The notes beneath the pieces were generated by a model. It ran no database searches, had not been told where the DNA came from, and saw only the letters and a list, made by a program, of their open reading frames with translations. From an uncultured Gemmatimonadales bacterium (GTDB lineage Bacteria; Gemmatimonadota; Gemmatimonadetes; Gemmatimonadales; GWC2-71-9), in the NCBI GenBank assembly GCA_963695555.1, contig CAVOGR010000005.1:416001-480000 (forward strand): a DNA stretch of 64,000 nt. Reading direction: 5' to 3'. A program made the position numbers and the translations under genes. Shown piece after piece: positions 55,156 through 64,000 of this stretch (positions are counted from its first letter, which is position 1; each line of letters opens with the position of its first letter).

Positions 55156-58026
55156 TCAGCCGCAGGCGCCCACATGGCCGCAGGCGGTGCAGAAGTCGCA
55201 GCCGTCGCGGCGGATCAGGGTGGGGTGGCCGCATTCGGGGCAGGTGCGACCGGGCAGCACGGCTTGTCCGGGGGCGCCGGGCGCGGGGGCGTCGCTCCAG
55301 AGCACCGTGCCGCCGGCGACCGGATAGCCGCCGGCGTCGAGCACGCCGAGCATCTGGTACCGGTGGATCAGCAGCCGTGCGACATAGGCGATGGTCGAGG
55401 GCTGCACCGCCTGTTTCTCGCTGCCCGGCACGCGGGCGAAGAAGTCGCCCTGCGCCTCGGGCAGGTCCTTCAGGCCGCGCAGCTTCTTGCCGATCCAGGC
55501 GGGGTCGATGACGCGCATATCAAGGCTCAGCGACTTCGTGAGGCCGTTGAACTCCAGCGGATAAGCGCCCGACAGCCATACGGAAAACGGGCGCTTGGTG
55601 CCGTCGGGCAGTACGCATTCCTTCACGAACATCGCGAAGTCGTCGCCGGTGGTGGGGTTGAGGATGTCAACCGTCCAACTCAGCGTGCCATCGGCGCCGG
55701 ACTTCGGCTCCTTGCGCGAGAAGAGCGCATCGACCAGCGGTGTGCCGCCCTCCGGCCCGTCGAAGACGCCGAGCGCCGTGCAGCGGTATTCCAGCACCTT
55801 GGCGAAGGCGCTGACGGCACCCGCCACCGGCACTAGCCGGCCGTCGGGAGGCATTGCCATCTCGAATGGGGCGCCGGGGGTCTTGGCGAGGCTGTCGAGC
55901 TTCATCTTCAGCCAGCCGCGGTCCTGGGCGCGCAGGTCCATCGACATGTTCTTGGCCAGCGCGCCGAGGCCGCGCGGGGCTTCCTCGCCGTTCACCCAGA
56001 CCTCGAAGGGCTGGGCGGTGCCGTTCTCGACATGGCCCACGAAGACCGCGAAGCGGCGGCCGGGCGCCTCGACCATGTAGGTCCACGACGGCGAGCCCGG
56101 CCGTGAGCTTCGGCCGGTGCGGCCAGCGCAGGGCGGCGAGCGCCACCTGCGGCGCGCCCGTGATGCGGATGCGGCGGTCGGGCTCGGACTGGTCGAGGTC
56201 CTGCGGCGGGGTCTCGACCGAGAGGACCGAGCCGAGCACGCTGTTGGGGCGGTAGGTGGTGATACCCTTCAGGCCGGCCTTCCAGGCCTCGAGGTAGAGG
56301 GTCTCGAACTCCTCGAACGGATAGTCCTCGGGAACGTTCACGGTCTTGGAGATCGCCTGGTCGATGAAGGGCTGGATGGCCGCCTGCATCGCCATGTGGT
56401 CGCGCGCGCCGATCTCCAGCGCGTTGACGAAGGCGGCGGCAGCGCAGCGGTATTGCCGCCGCGCGCCTTCCAAAGCCGCCAGGCATGGTCCTCGACGGTG
56501 TATTCGCGCATGCTCGCCGTCGGGTTCGCGCTTCTTGCGGGTGTAGTGCCAGGAATAGGCCGGCTCGATGCCGTTCGAGGCGTTGTCGGCGAAGGCGAGG
56601 CTGATGGTGCCGGTGGGGGCGATGGACAAGCAGGTGGCTGTTGCGAAGGCCATCCCCGGCGATCTGGGTGCGGATGTCGTCGGGCAGGCGTCTTGCCATG
56701 CCGGAGTCGAGGAGTTTGTCCGCATCGAGGAACGGGAAGCTGCCCTTCTCGCGGGCCAGCGCCACCGAGGCGCGGTAGGCGGCGTCGCGCAGGCGGCGGG
56801 CGAGGCCGGTGGCGGCGTCGCGACCCTCGGCGCTGTCGTAGCGCAGGCCCATCAGGATCAGCGTGTCGCCGAGACCGGTGAAGCCGAGGCCGATGCGCCG
56901 CTTGGAGGCGGCCTCCGCCGCCTGCTGGGGTAGCGGCCAGACAGTGGCGTCGAGCACGTTGTCGAGCATGCGCACGGCCACGGCCACGGTTGCCTCGAAG
57001 CCGTCATGGTCGAAGCCGGGGGTCTCGGAGAAGGGTCCGGTGACGAATCGCGTCAGGTCGATCGAGCCGAGGCAGCAGCAGCCGTGGTCGGGGATGGGGA
57101 TCTCGCCGCAGGGGTTGGTGGCCTCGATCCGCTCGCAGTAGGCGAGGTTGTTCTCGGCGTTGATGCGGTCGAGGAACAGCACGCCCGGCTCGGCGGCGTC
57201 ATAGGTGTTGCGCATGATCGTGCGCCAGAGTTCGCGCGCGCGGATCGTGGCATAGACCCAGAGGCCGTCCGCCCGCTGGTGCGCGCCCGCCGCGACCTGC
57301 ACCGGAGCCGGCTGGGCCTTGTGGACCAGCTCGAAGGTGCCGTCGGCCTCGACCGCCGCCATGAAGGCATCGGTGACGCCGACGGAGATGTTGAAGTTGT
57401 TGAGCCTCGCCCGCCTGGCGCTTGGCAGAGACGAACTCCATCACGTCCGGGTGGTCGCAGCGCAGCACGCCCATCTGCGCGCCGCGCCGCGAGCCCGCGC
57501 TCTCGACGGTGGCGCAGGACTGGTCGAAGACATGCATGTAGCTGATCGGGCCGGAGGCGGCGCTGTCGGTGCCGTGGACGCGGGCGCCGCGGGGCCGGAT
57601 GGCCGAGAAGTCGTAGCCGACCCCGCCGCCGCGGCGCATGGTCTCGGCGGCCTCGCGGAGTGCGATGTAAATCCCGGGCTTGCCGTCCACGGTTTCGGAG
57701 ATCGAATCGCCCACCGGCTGCACGAAGCAGTTGATCAGGGTTACCTCCTCGATCCCGGCCCCTGCCGCAGAATTGATCCGCCCGCCGGGGATGAAGCCGT
57801 CCTCCAGCGCCTTGAGGAACACCGGTTCCCAGGCCGCCGGGTCGGCCTCGACTGCCGCCAGCGCGCGGGCCACGCGGCGGCGCACGGCGCGGGCCATGTC
57901 GGGGCCGTCGAGGTCGCGTTCCGCGCCCTTGGCGTACTTTTCGCGCAGGACGTCGAGGCTCACCTCCTGCCAGGGCAGGGCGATGGCGGTGTCCTCGCCG
58001 AAGTCCCGGCTGTCGGGTTTGTTCAT
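55156..58026 (-). CDS. nrdJ: Adenosylcobalamin-dependent (class II) ribonucleotide reductase, frameshifted
   Basis: [64 protein letters not shown] and C-terminal CPECG..C..C..CG. Confidence 0.93.
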
Positions 58027-58167
58027 CGGGCAGACGCCTCTGGGGATGCGGATGACCTTTGAATGTAGGCGCCCGGTCCTGCAGGGTCAATCGCGCGACG
58101 ATCTGGACGATGGGTAAAATCCGGCATATGTTGTGGAGCAGGGATCATCAGACAGCAAGCGGTGGAC

Positions 58168-58602
58168 ATGGCGGCATTGCATCTCCTCAAGCTTTGCGTG
58201 GGGGCGGACGGGGTGGAGGACCTCGTCGAGTGGCAGGCGGAGCGCATCGCCGAAGCGCGGGCGGCCGGGCAGGACGCGCGTCCCGCGCATGTCACCCGCA
58301 TGTGGCCGCGGCGCGAGGCGGAGCTTCTGGACGGAGGCTCGCTCTACTGGGTGTTCAAGGGGCTGGTGCTGGCACGCCAACGCATCCTGGGGCTGGAGCC
58401 GCGGAGGGGGGCCGACGGGATCGAACGCTGCGCGATCCGGCTCGATGCGGACGTGGTGCAGACCCATCCGCAGCCGCGGCGGCCCTTCCAGGGCTGGCGG
58501 TATCTGCGGGACGAGGATGCACCGCGCGATCTCATGGCTCGCGGTGCCGCCGGCCTGCCGCCGGGCCTTGCGGCCGGGCTCGGCCTGGTCGGGGTGCTCT
58601 GA
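58168..58602 (+). CDS. DUF1489 family protein
   Basis: LHLLKLCVG, TRMWPRR, GGSLYWV and RPFQGWRY. Confidence 0.9.
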   Translation: MAALHLLKLCVGADGVEDLVEWQAERIAEARAAGQDARPAHVTRMWPRREAELLDGGSLYWVFKGLVLARQRILGLEPRRGADGIERCAIRLDADVVQTHPQPRRPFQGWRYLRDEDAPRDLMARGAAGLPPGLAAGLGLVGVL

Positions 58603-58603
58603 G

Positions 58604-59041
58604 ATGCGGCGGGTTCTCGCGGCCGTGCTGTCCGCCGCGCTGGGTACGGCGGTACCGGCGGCAGCCGATTACAACTGGAACGATCTGGCCGCCGAGTTCT
58701 GCCGCCTGACGCTGACCGGCGACCTGCCGGCGCTGCGGCCGCTCATCTCCGACGAGCTTGCCGCCGACATCGCCGCTGCCAGCGCCAACCCAGCGATGCC
58801 GCCTGCCCGCGTACTCTTCCAGACCTACGCCAACGAGGTGCCGGTCTGCCAGGTGCGCACCCGCAACGCCGCCATCGTCGAGGTCCGCCGCAGCAACCCC
58901 GGGGGCGCGGCGCCGGCCTGGACCGAGTACCTGGTCATCGTGCCCGAGCGCGACGGGACCACGCGGATCGACGATGTGCTCTTCGCCACCCGCCGCAGTG
59001 ACACGCTGCGCGCCCGCCTCTACAGCTACGCCGGGCGCTAG
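58604..59041 (+). CDS. Hypothetical secreted protein
   Basis: Signal peptide MRRVLAAVLSAALGTAVPAAA; operonic spacing with neighbours. Confidence 0.7.
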   Translation: MRRVLAAVLSAALGTAVPAAADYNWNDLAAEFCRLTLTGDLPALRPLISDELAADIAAASANPAMPPARVLFQTYANEVPVCQVRTRNAAIVEVRRSNPGGAAPAWTEYLVIVPERDGTTRIDDVLFATRRSDTLRARLYSYAGR

Positions 59042-59104
59042 GGCGGTTGAACAGCGGAGCGGCGGGTGATTTACCGGAAGGCCAGACATCTAGCGAGCAG
59101 AACC

Positions 59105-59845
59105 ATGAAGATCGGCATCCTGGAGACCGGCGAGGTCAGCCCGGACCTGAAGGCACGGCACGGCGACTACCCGGCGATGTTCGAGACCATGCTCGGTGCC
59201 GCCGACCCGGGCCTCGAGTTCGTCACCGTGCGGGTGGTGGCTGGTGAGATGCCGCGCGCACCTGGCGAGGCAGACGCCTGGCTCGTCACCGGCTCGCGGC
59301 ACGGGGTCTATGACGGGCTGCCCTGGATCGAGCCGCTCAAGGCCTTCCTGCGCGCCTGCCTGGCCGCAAGGGTGCCGGTGGTGGGCATCTGCTTCGGTCA
59401 CCAGATCCTCGCGGAGGCGCTGGGGGGGCGGGTGGAGAAGTCGGACAAGGGCTGGGGACTGGGCGTGCAGGACTACGAGCTGGTTGCCCGCCCCGGCTGG
59501 ATGACCGATCTGCCGGACCATTTCGCGGTGCGCGCCCTGCATCAGGACCAGGTGGTCACGCTGCCGCCCGACGCCACCGTGCTGGCCCGCTCGGCGCATT
59601 GCGACTATGCGGCCCTGGCCTACGGCGACCCCGAGGCGCCCGAGGCGATCTCGCTGCAGCCGCATCCCGAGTTCGGCGCCGCGTTCATGGACGACCTGAT
59701 CGCGCTCCGCACCGGGACGGTGCTGGCCGAGGACGCGGCCGCCGAGGCGCGGGCGGGTCTGGCGCGCGAGGTCCACAGCGACAACTGGGCGCGGCTGATC
59801 GTGGGCTACCTGCATCGCATGGAGGCCATCCGCGCGGCGGCCTAG
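59105..59845 (+). CDS. Type 1 glutamine amidotransferase
   Basis: TGS, GICFGHQ, HQD and QPHPE catalytic motifs. Confidence 0.92.
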   Translation: MKIGILETGEVSPDLKARHGDYPAMFETMLGAADPGLEFVTVRVVAGEMPRAPGEADAWLVTGSRHGVYDGLPWIEPLKAFLRACLAARVPVVGICFGHQILAEALGGRVEKSDKGWGLGVQDYELVARPGWMTDLPDHFAVRALHQDQVVTLPPDATVLARSAHCDYAALAYGDPEAPEAISLQPHPEFGAAFMDDLIALRTGTVLAEDAAAEARAGLAREVHSDNWARLIVGYLHRMEAIRAAA

Positions 59846-59850
59846 GCTTC

Positions 59851-60465
59851 TTAGGTCCGCGCCTTACCGACAATAGTGTTGCGGAGCACAGCTAGAGCAA
59901 CCAGAAAGAACCCCGCGCCGACCGCCAGCCAGTAGCCTAATTTCAGAGCCCCGGTGAACCTGGTGTTACCACCTGTCATGGGATTGGGAACTACCGAAGT
60001 TCCAAGAAAGCTGACACCGCCGCCTCCGGCCCTCAGGTGAGCGATAACGAGAGCAGTTCCGACGGCGATCAGGTATGAGAGGCCAACGATCCCAATCAGC
60101 ACCTGGGGTAGCGAGAGCTTGAACCGGCCCAGTGTGATCCGTTTCTCCACGAAAAGGCTTACTGCCAGCGCCAACATACATATCCCCAAATACAACCACA
60201 TGAGGGGGGCAAAGAACGCCGGCATGGAATAGAGGGAGCTATTGGCGTAGGTTCTGATTTCGGGCGCAGCTATCTCAACCCCCCAGGGGCGCAATAGGAT
60301 GTGATCGGCGCCTGACAGGTCGCTGATACGGGCTCCCCACCACGGGCTGAACCACGAGAACAACATGAGACCGGCAGCACCGACGACCAGGGCACGGAAA
60401 AGCCACAGCCTGAGACTACTCTGAGTGGTGCCTGTCGCCTGCGCCGCTGCCATGAGATCCTCCAT
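59851..60465 (-). CDS. Hypothetical 4-TM membrane protein
   Basis: Four hydrophobic helices and a PWW motif; visibly AT-richer codon usage than neighbours. Confidence 0.75.
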   Translation of the reverse strand: MEDLMAAAQATGTTQSSLRLWLFRALVVGAAGLMLFSWFSPWWGARISDLSGADHILLRPWGVEIAAPEIRTYANSSLYSMPAFFAPLMWLYLGICMLALAVSLFVEKRITLGRFKLSLPQVLIGIVGLSYLIAVGTALVIAHLRAGGGGVSFLGTSVVPNPMTGGNTRFTGALKLGYWLAVGAGFFLVALAVLRNTIVGKART

Positions 60466-60638
60466 TCGCCGGGCCTGCCCAGCTCTCCTGGGACAAAAAA
60501 TGCGTTATACCTTGGCTACACGCAGTCGACACTGAACCAACTGCCGCCGCACAAGACCTGACCGGAGCGGTCAAGTGATCTGAACCAGACAGGACCCTTC
60601 GTTGCTCAACCACCAAATCTCAACCACAGGCGCTGACA

Positions 60639-61587
60639 TCAGGTTGCGTAGTGCGAAACAGGATCGTCGGGAGGATCCGGTGCAAGCTCTGCCCTGACGG
60701 TGATGCGCTCCGTCACCTCGACGGTCCTCGCGGTGGCTGCGTACTTGGTCCCGGCAACGAGCAGCTTGTAGGTCCCTTTGACGACCTTGAGCGTCGCCAC
60801 GCCGTTTTCGCCAGTGAAAGCCCGGTAGGGTTGCATGACAACTCGGGCGTTGCTGATCGGGGTCTGATTTGCAGCGTCGAATGCCTCCACGGTTACTTCG
60901 CAATCAGGCGGGTCCACGACCTGAACAGCGAAGGCGAGCGCGCCGGCGGAATGGGGGATCCCTGAACCCGCCGGGGGGATCCTGAGCCTCCCACGTCTGG
61001 TGGCCGGCGGCGAGTGGTGCCTGGCCTTCCACCTCGGCGAAGAAGAGCGTGCTGGTGCCCGGCCAGACCTCATCCTTCAGGGTTCCGGCAACCACCTGGA
61101 TCCCCTCGCCGTTGACGATGCTCACCTCCCTGCCGGCAAGATTGCAGCCGCACGAGCATTTGATGCCGACCTTTAGGGTGAAACGTTCGCCGCCGACGAT
61201 CGCCGTCGGCAGGCCCCAGACGGTCAGCCGCATCGCGTGCGCCTTCACCACGAACGCGAACTCGGTCGAGACCTCGTCGTGCGGGGTGCCGGCCTGCTCC
61301 GGGGTTATGAGAACGGCCCGCAGCACATGCTCTCCCTCCGTCAGGGGCGCATCGAGCGGGATCTGGTCGGTGACGTAGATCTGGCCCTCGGACTTCGTCA
61401 GCTCGGCGAATGCCAGCTCGTCTTCGTCCAGATTCCGGATGGAGACGCCGAGATCGCCGTGGTCGCGTCCGGGTGGAACCGCGACCTGGCATCTCACGGT
61501 GAACTCGGCCCCGGCATCCACCTCCGGGGGCGAGATCTCGACGAACCATGGGGATAGTTCAGTAGGGGTATCGATTTCCGCAGTCAC
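60639..61587 (-). CDS. Protein with two Ig-like repeats and a C-terminal carboxypeptidase-regulatory-like domain, frameshift near 60970
   Basis: Internal repeat (..GAEFTV../..GERFTL.., APL.EG.H / APLAAGH); C-terminal PISNARVV..PYRAFT.ENGVA.L.V.KGTY.L.V. Confidence 0.65.
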
Positions 61588-61620
61588 AGAACCAGCTCAA
61601 TTCTTGCGCGTACATGAATG

Positions 61621-61644
61621 CCGGTGGGTCATGCGACCCACCGG
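61621..61644 (-). terminator. Perfect hairpin just downstream of the flavoprotein gene
   Basis: CCGGTGGGTC-atgc-GACCCACCGG. Confidence 0.6.
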
Positions 61645-61669
61645 AACCGTTCAGACGATCGCCAGCGAT

Positions 61670-63763
61670 TCAAACCCCTTCCTGGGCGATGTTCGTGCCG
61701 GCGATGAAGCCGGTGACGTGGGCCCTGGCAAGACCGTGCTGGTTGCCGCTGCCGCTGGCCTCGCCCCCGGTATAGAGGCCGGGGATCACCTGGCCCTCCA
61801 TGTCGAGGACCTGGGCCTTTTCGTTGGTCCGCAGACCACCGTAGGAGTCATGCCAGACCACCATGAGCGACGCCGCGTAGAAGGGCGGCGTATTGATCTG
61901 GTGCATCGGCGCATCGGCCCCGCGCCCGAACTCTTCGTCCGTGCCGGCGGCCGCGGCGGTGTTCCAGTTCTGCACCGTCTCAGCAAGGTACGTCAGCGGA
62001 ACCCTCTGGAACTCGTGGCCGGCCTCGATCTGCGCGACCAGGTCCTCGATGGTGTCGGCAACGAAGAAGTAGCCGTTCTCGAGCGAGGTGAAGGGCGGAT
62101 CGATGTTCCACCCGTCACGTTCCACCGCGGCGCTGTCGAAGATCGCCCACAGCGGGCCGGAGTAGTAGTCCGGAGCGGTGGAGCCCTCGTTCATCGCCAG
62201 CGCGGCATCGACGCCGGCGTACCGGTCGTAGATCTGCCGAACGAAAGCGGGGTCGCAGTTGCGCCAGTCGAGCGGCACATGTGCGACACCGGTGTTCGGC
62301 GTGCCGGAGGCAGGCCCGCCGGGAAACCAAGACAGGCCTATGCGCTTGGTCAGATTGATTTCGTTGTAGAACCTCTTCCCGACCTGGTTGACGGCGATCA
62401 GGTGCTCGAAGGAATTGGTGCCGAAGAGCGCGATCCCCGTCGATTTCCTCGACGAGAACGTCGGGTGTCCGGGAAGCTCGCCGCTGTAGGCGTCCCGGGT
62501 CGCGAGCCTTTGCGGAATATGGTAGGTGATCGGTATCGCAAGGTTCTGCTGCATTCCGGACAAGGTGGCGCCGGCCCTGATGCCCGCGATGATCCCGCTC
62601 GCATCTTGACCGCGAGGCCCGAGCACAGCCCAGGTGCTCGCCGGGAAGGCCGGCTCCCGCATCGCAGGATAGAACATGCTGCGGTACTGCGGATTGCCCG
62701 AGTGTCCGCCCGTGGCGATCATCACCCCCTTGAGGGCCCGCACGGTGATGGTCTCCCGCGTTTCCTCGACGTTGCCGTTGTTCCACAGGCTCTGGAGCTG
62801 CTCGCCGGTGTCCGGGTCATGGCGCGGCGAGTAGGAGGCCCTGATTCCCAACACCCGGCCCGAGAGCGGCTGCTCGCGGATCAGCGCGTCCATGTGGCGG
62901 TTGAGTATGAACTCGATGCCCTTTTCCCGCGCGCTGAACTCCAGGCACCTTGCCATGCAAGCGCCAGCACCCACGGTATCCGGCCCGGCCACGTCACTGG
63001 TATCGTTCAAAGGGATGGGGGCGAAGTGACTCGCGTGCACGTTCAGCGTGCCGGCATCCTCGCGGGTGATCGTTCCCGCCTTGATGTCGGTCACGGCGCC
63101 CAGCTTGAGGAAGGGACCGGCCTGCCGGGCGCGCGAGATGCCCGAATTAGGATTCGAGCCGCGGATCCGGGCAAAGCGAACGTAGTTGTCCATCATCAGC
63201 TGCCGTGCGCCAGAGGCATTCTCGGCCATCGCGCGCTGAATCGCACGCTCATTGTACCGGTATGGCGCCTGGGCCGCGGCGTCTATCACCGACCAGTCGG
63301 TCCATTCTGTGAAGAGGCGCTCCACATCGTCGGTCAACTCCTCCGCTGTATGCGGGGAAGGAACCGTGATGAATCCTTCGGGGTCGCTTTCGCCCGCAAG
63401 GTCGCGCAGCTGTATCGGGTCGCCGCCGCCGAGCGAGGTCTGCCCGCCGCTGTGAAGCATCTTGCCGCCGACATCGAAATTCCCTTCGATCACCAGCACA
63501 GACGCCCCGGCATCCCGGGCACGAATGGCACAGAGCAGACCCGAAGCCCCACCGCCGCAAACAACAACGTCGGCTTCATAGTCCCACTGGATGCCGTCGC
63601 TCGCCGGCGCGTCCTGCGCCTGCGCAACACTCGGACCGGCCAGAACGCCTGCGCCGACCGCTGCCGCAGCGCCCGTCCGGAAGAATTCACGCCGACTGAA
63701 GGCGCTCTCCTCAAGCGTCTCGATCTCTTTGACGGCGCCCGTCTTCTTTACGTTGTCGGTCAT
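61670..63763 (-). CDS. Tat-exported FAD-binding oxidoreductase (FAD_binding_2; flavocytochrome c / KstD-like)
   Basis: SRREFF Tat motif, DVVVCGGGASG, ATGG, DSYGGL.TN..AQVLD..GQVIPGLY.GGE. Confidence 0.9.
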   Translation of the reverse strand: MTDNVKKTGAVKEIETLEESAFSRREFFRTGAAAAVGAGVLAGPSVAQAQDAPASDGIQWDYEADVVVCGGGASGLLCAIRARDAGASVLVIEGNFDVGGKMLHSGGQTSLGGGDPIQLRDLAGESDPEGFITVPSPHTAEELTDDVERLFTEWTDWSVIDAAAQAPYRYNERAIQRAMAENASGARQLMMDNYVRFARIRGSNPNSGISRARQAGPFLKLGAVTDIKAGTITREDAGTLNVHASHFAPIPLNDTSDVAGPDTVGAGACMARCLEFSAREKGIEFILNRHMDALIREQPLSGRVLGIRASYSPRHDPDTGEQLQSLWNNGNVEETRETITVRALKGVMIATGGHSGNPQYRSMFYPAMREPAFPASTWAVLGPRGQDASGIIAGIRAGATLSGMQQNLAIPITYHIPQRLATRDAYSGELPGHPTFSSRKSTGIALFGTNSFEHLIAVNQVGKRFYNEINLTKRIGLSWFPGGPASGTPNTGVAHVPLDWRNCDPAFVRQIYDRYAGVDAALAMNEGSTAPDYYSGPLWAIFDSAAVERDGWNIDPPFTSLENGYFFVADTIEDLVAQIEAGHEFQRVPLTYLAETVQNWNTAAAAGTDEEFGRGADAPMHQINTPPFYAASLMVVWHDSYGGLRTNEKAQVLDMEGQVIPGLYTGGEASGSGNQHGLARAHVTGFIAGTNIAQEGV

Positions 63764-64000
63764 CGTTTCCTCACCCGGTTTTGTCTTCTGCGGAACCGCC
63801 CAACTGGCGAAACTCTTCCGGCGCCTTCAGTGCCGGATGTACGAAAGGGCGCAGGCCACTCGCGTGCGCGAACCCGTCGCCACCGATTTCTATGTCGGCG
63901 CGCGTGCTGAATGGCGCTGCACTAACGGAATAGCTCTTGCGCCGGCTGCGCTTTCCTCCCGTACGAACGTCAGTTTAGGAGCGACTGGTCGTCTGCGTCC

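Noticed and set aside
55156..58026. Split nrdJa/nrdJb genes or programmed frameshifting
   Set aside because: Breaks fall inside conserved motifs with no slippery sites or new RBS; consistent with sequencing indels.
58027..58167. Cobalamin riboswitch or NrdR boxes upstream of nrdJ
   Set aside because: Spacer is short and has no B12 box; only one weak half-match (CCACAACATATG) to an NrdR box.
61439..63910. 823-aa plus-strand ORF (and similar long antisense ORFs such as 4799..6091 and 51449..53017)
   Set aside because: Antisense shadows of well-supported genes, common in high-GC DNA.

Overview
High-GC bacterial DNA that appears to be two unrelated pieces joined near 13.67-13.70 kb. Both carry many single-base indels typical of long-read consensus errors, so many genes are split across ORFs. 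Left part (1-13.7 kb, Actinomycetota-like): a membrane-GAF-GGDEF-degenerate EAL gene lies divergent from a c-di-GMP-II riboswitch. The riboswitch precedes a secreted subtilisin (S8) that lacks a propeptide and ends in 12 perfect WSGAT repeats. Then come tRNA-Leu(TAA), an alkaline-phosphatase-superfamily gene, a flippase-like gene, maf, enoyl-CoA hydratase, a RimJ-like GNAT, a half Ppx, DUF501, CoxG, MocA and a glgP-like stub. Right part (13.7-64 kb, Rhodobacteraceae-like alphaproteobacterium): truncated kbl; a complete IS1202-family element with a 17-bp target duplication; GntR + Dpp ABC + GGT + DUF1028; an IS30 relic; an atypical PQQ-dehydrogenase cluster (two binding proteins, ABC-2 transporter, catalytically dead site-2 protease, cytochrome c); NitT/TauT ABC; pabBC; AIM24/DUF4239/TAXI; CPBP protease; thermonuclease with a CtrA-like box; FGE; RND pump; TPR-glycosyltransferase; P450; aqpZ; mazG; SqrR/BigR-like ArsR; nrdJ; DUF1489; GATase; and a Tat-flavoprotein/Ig-repeat/membrane-protein module. 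The best candidate for a new system is the cyclase + riboswitch + WSGAT-protease module at 179-4583.
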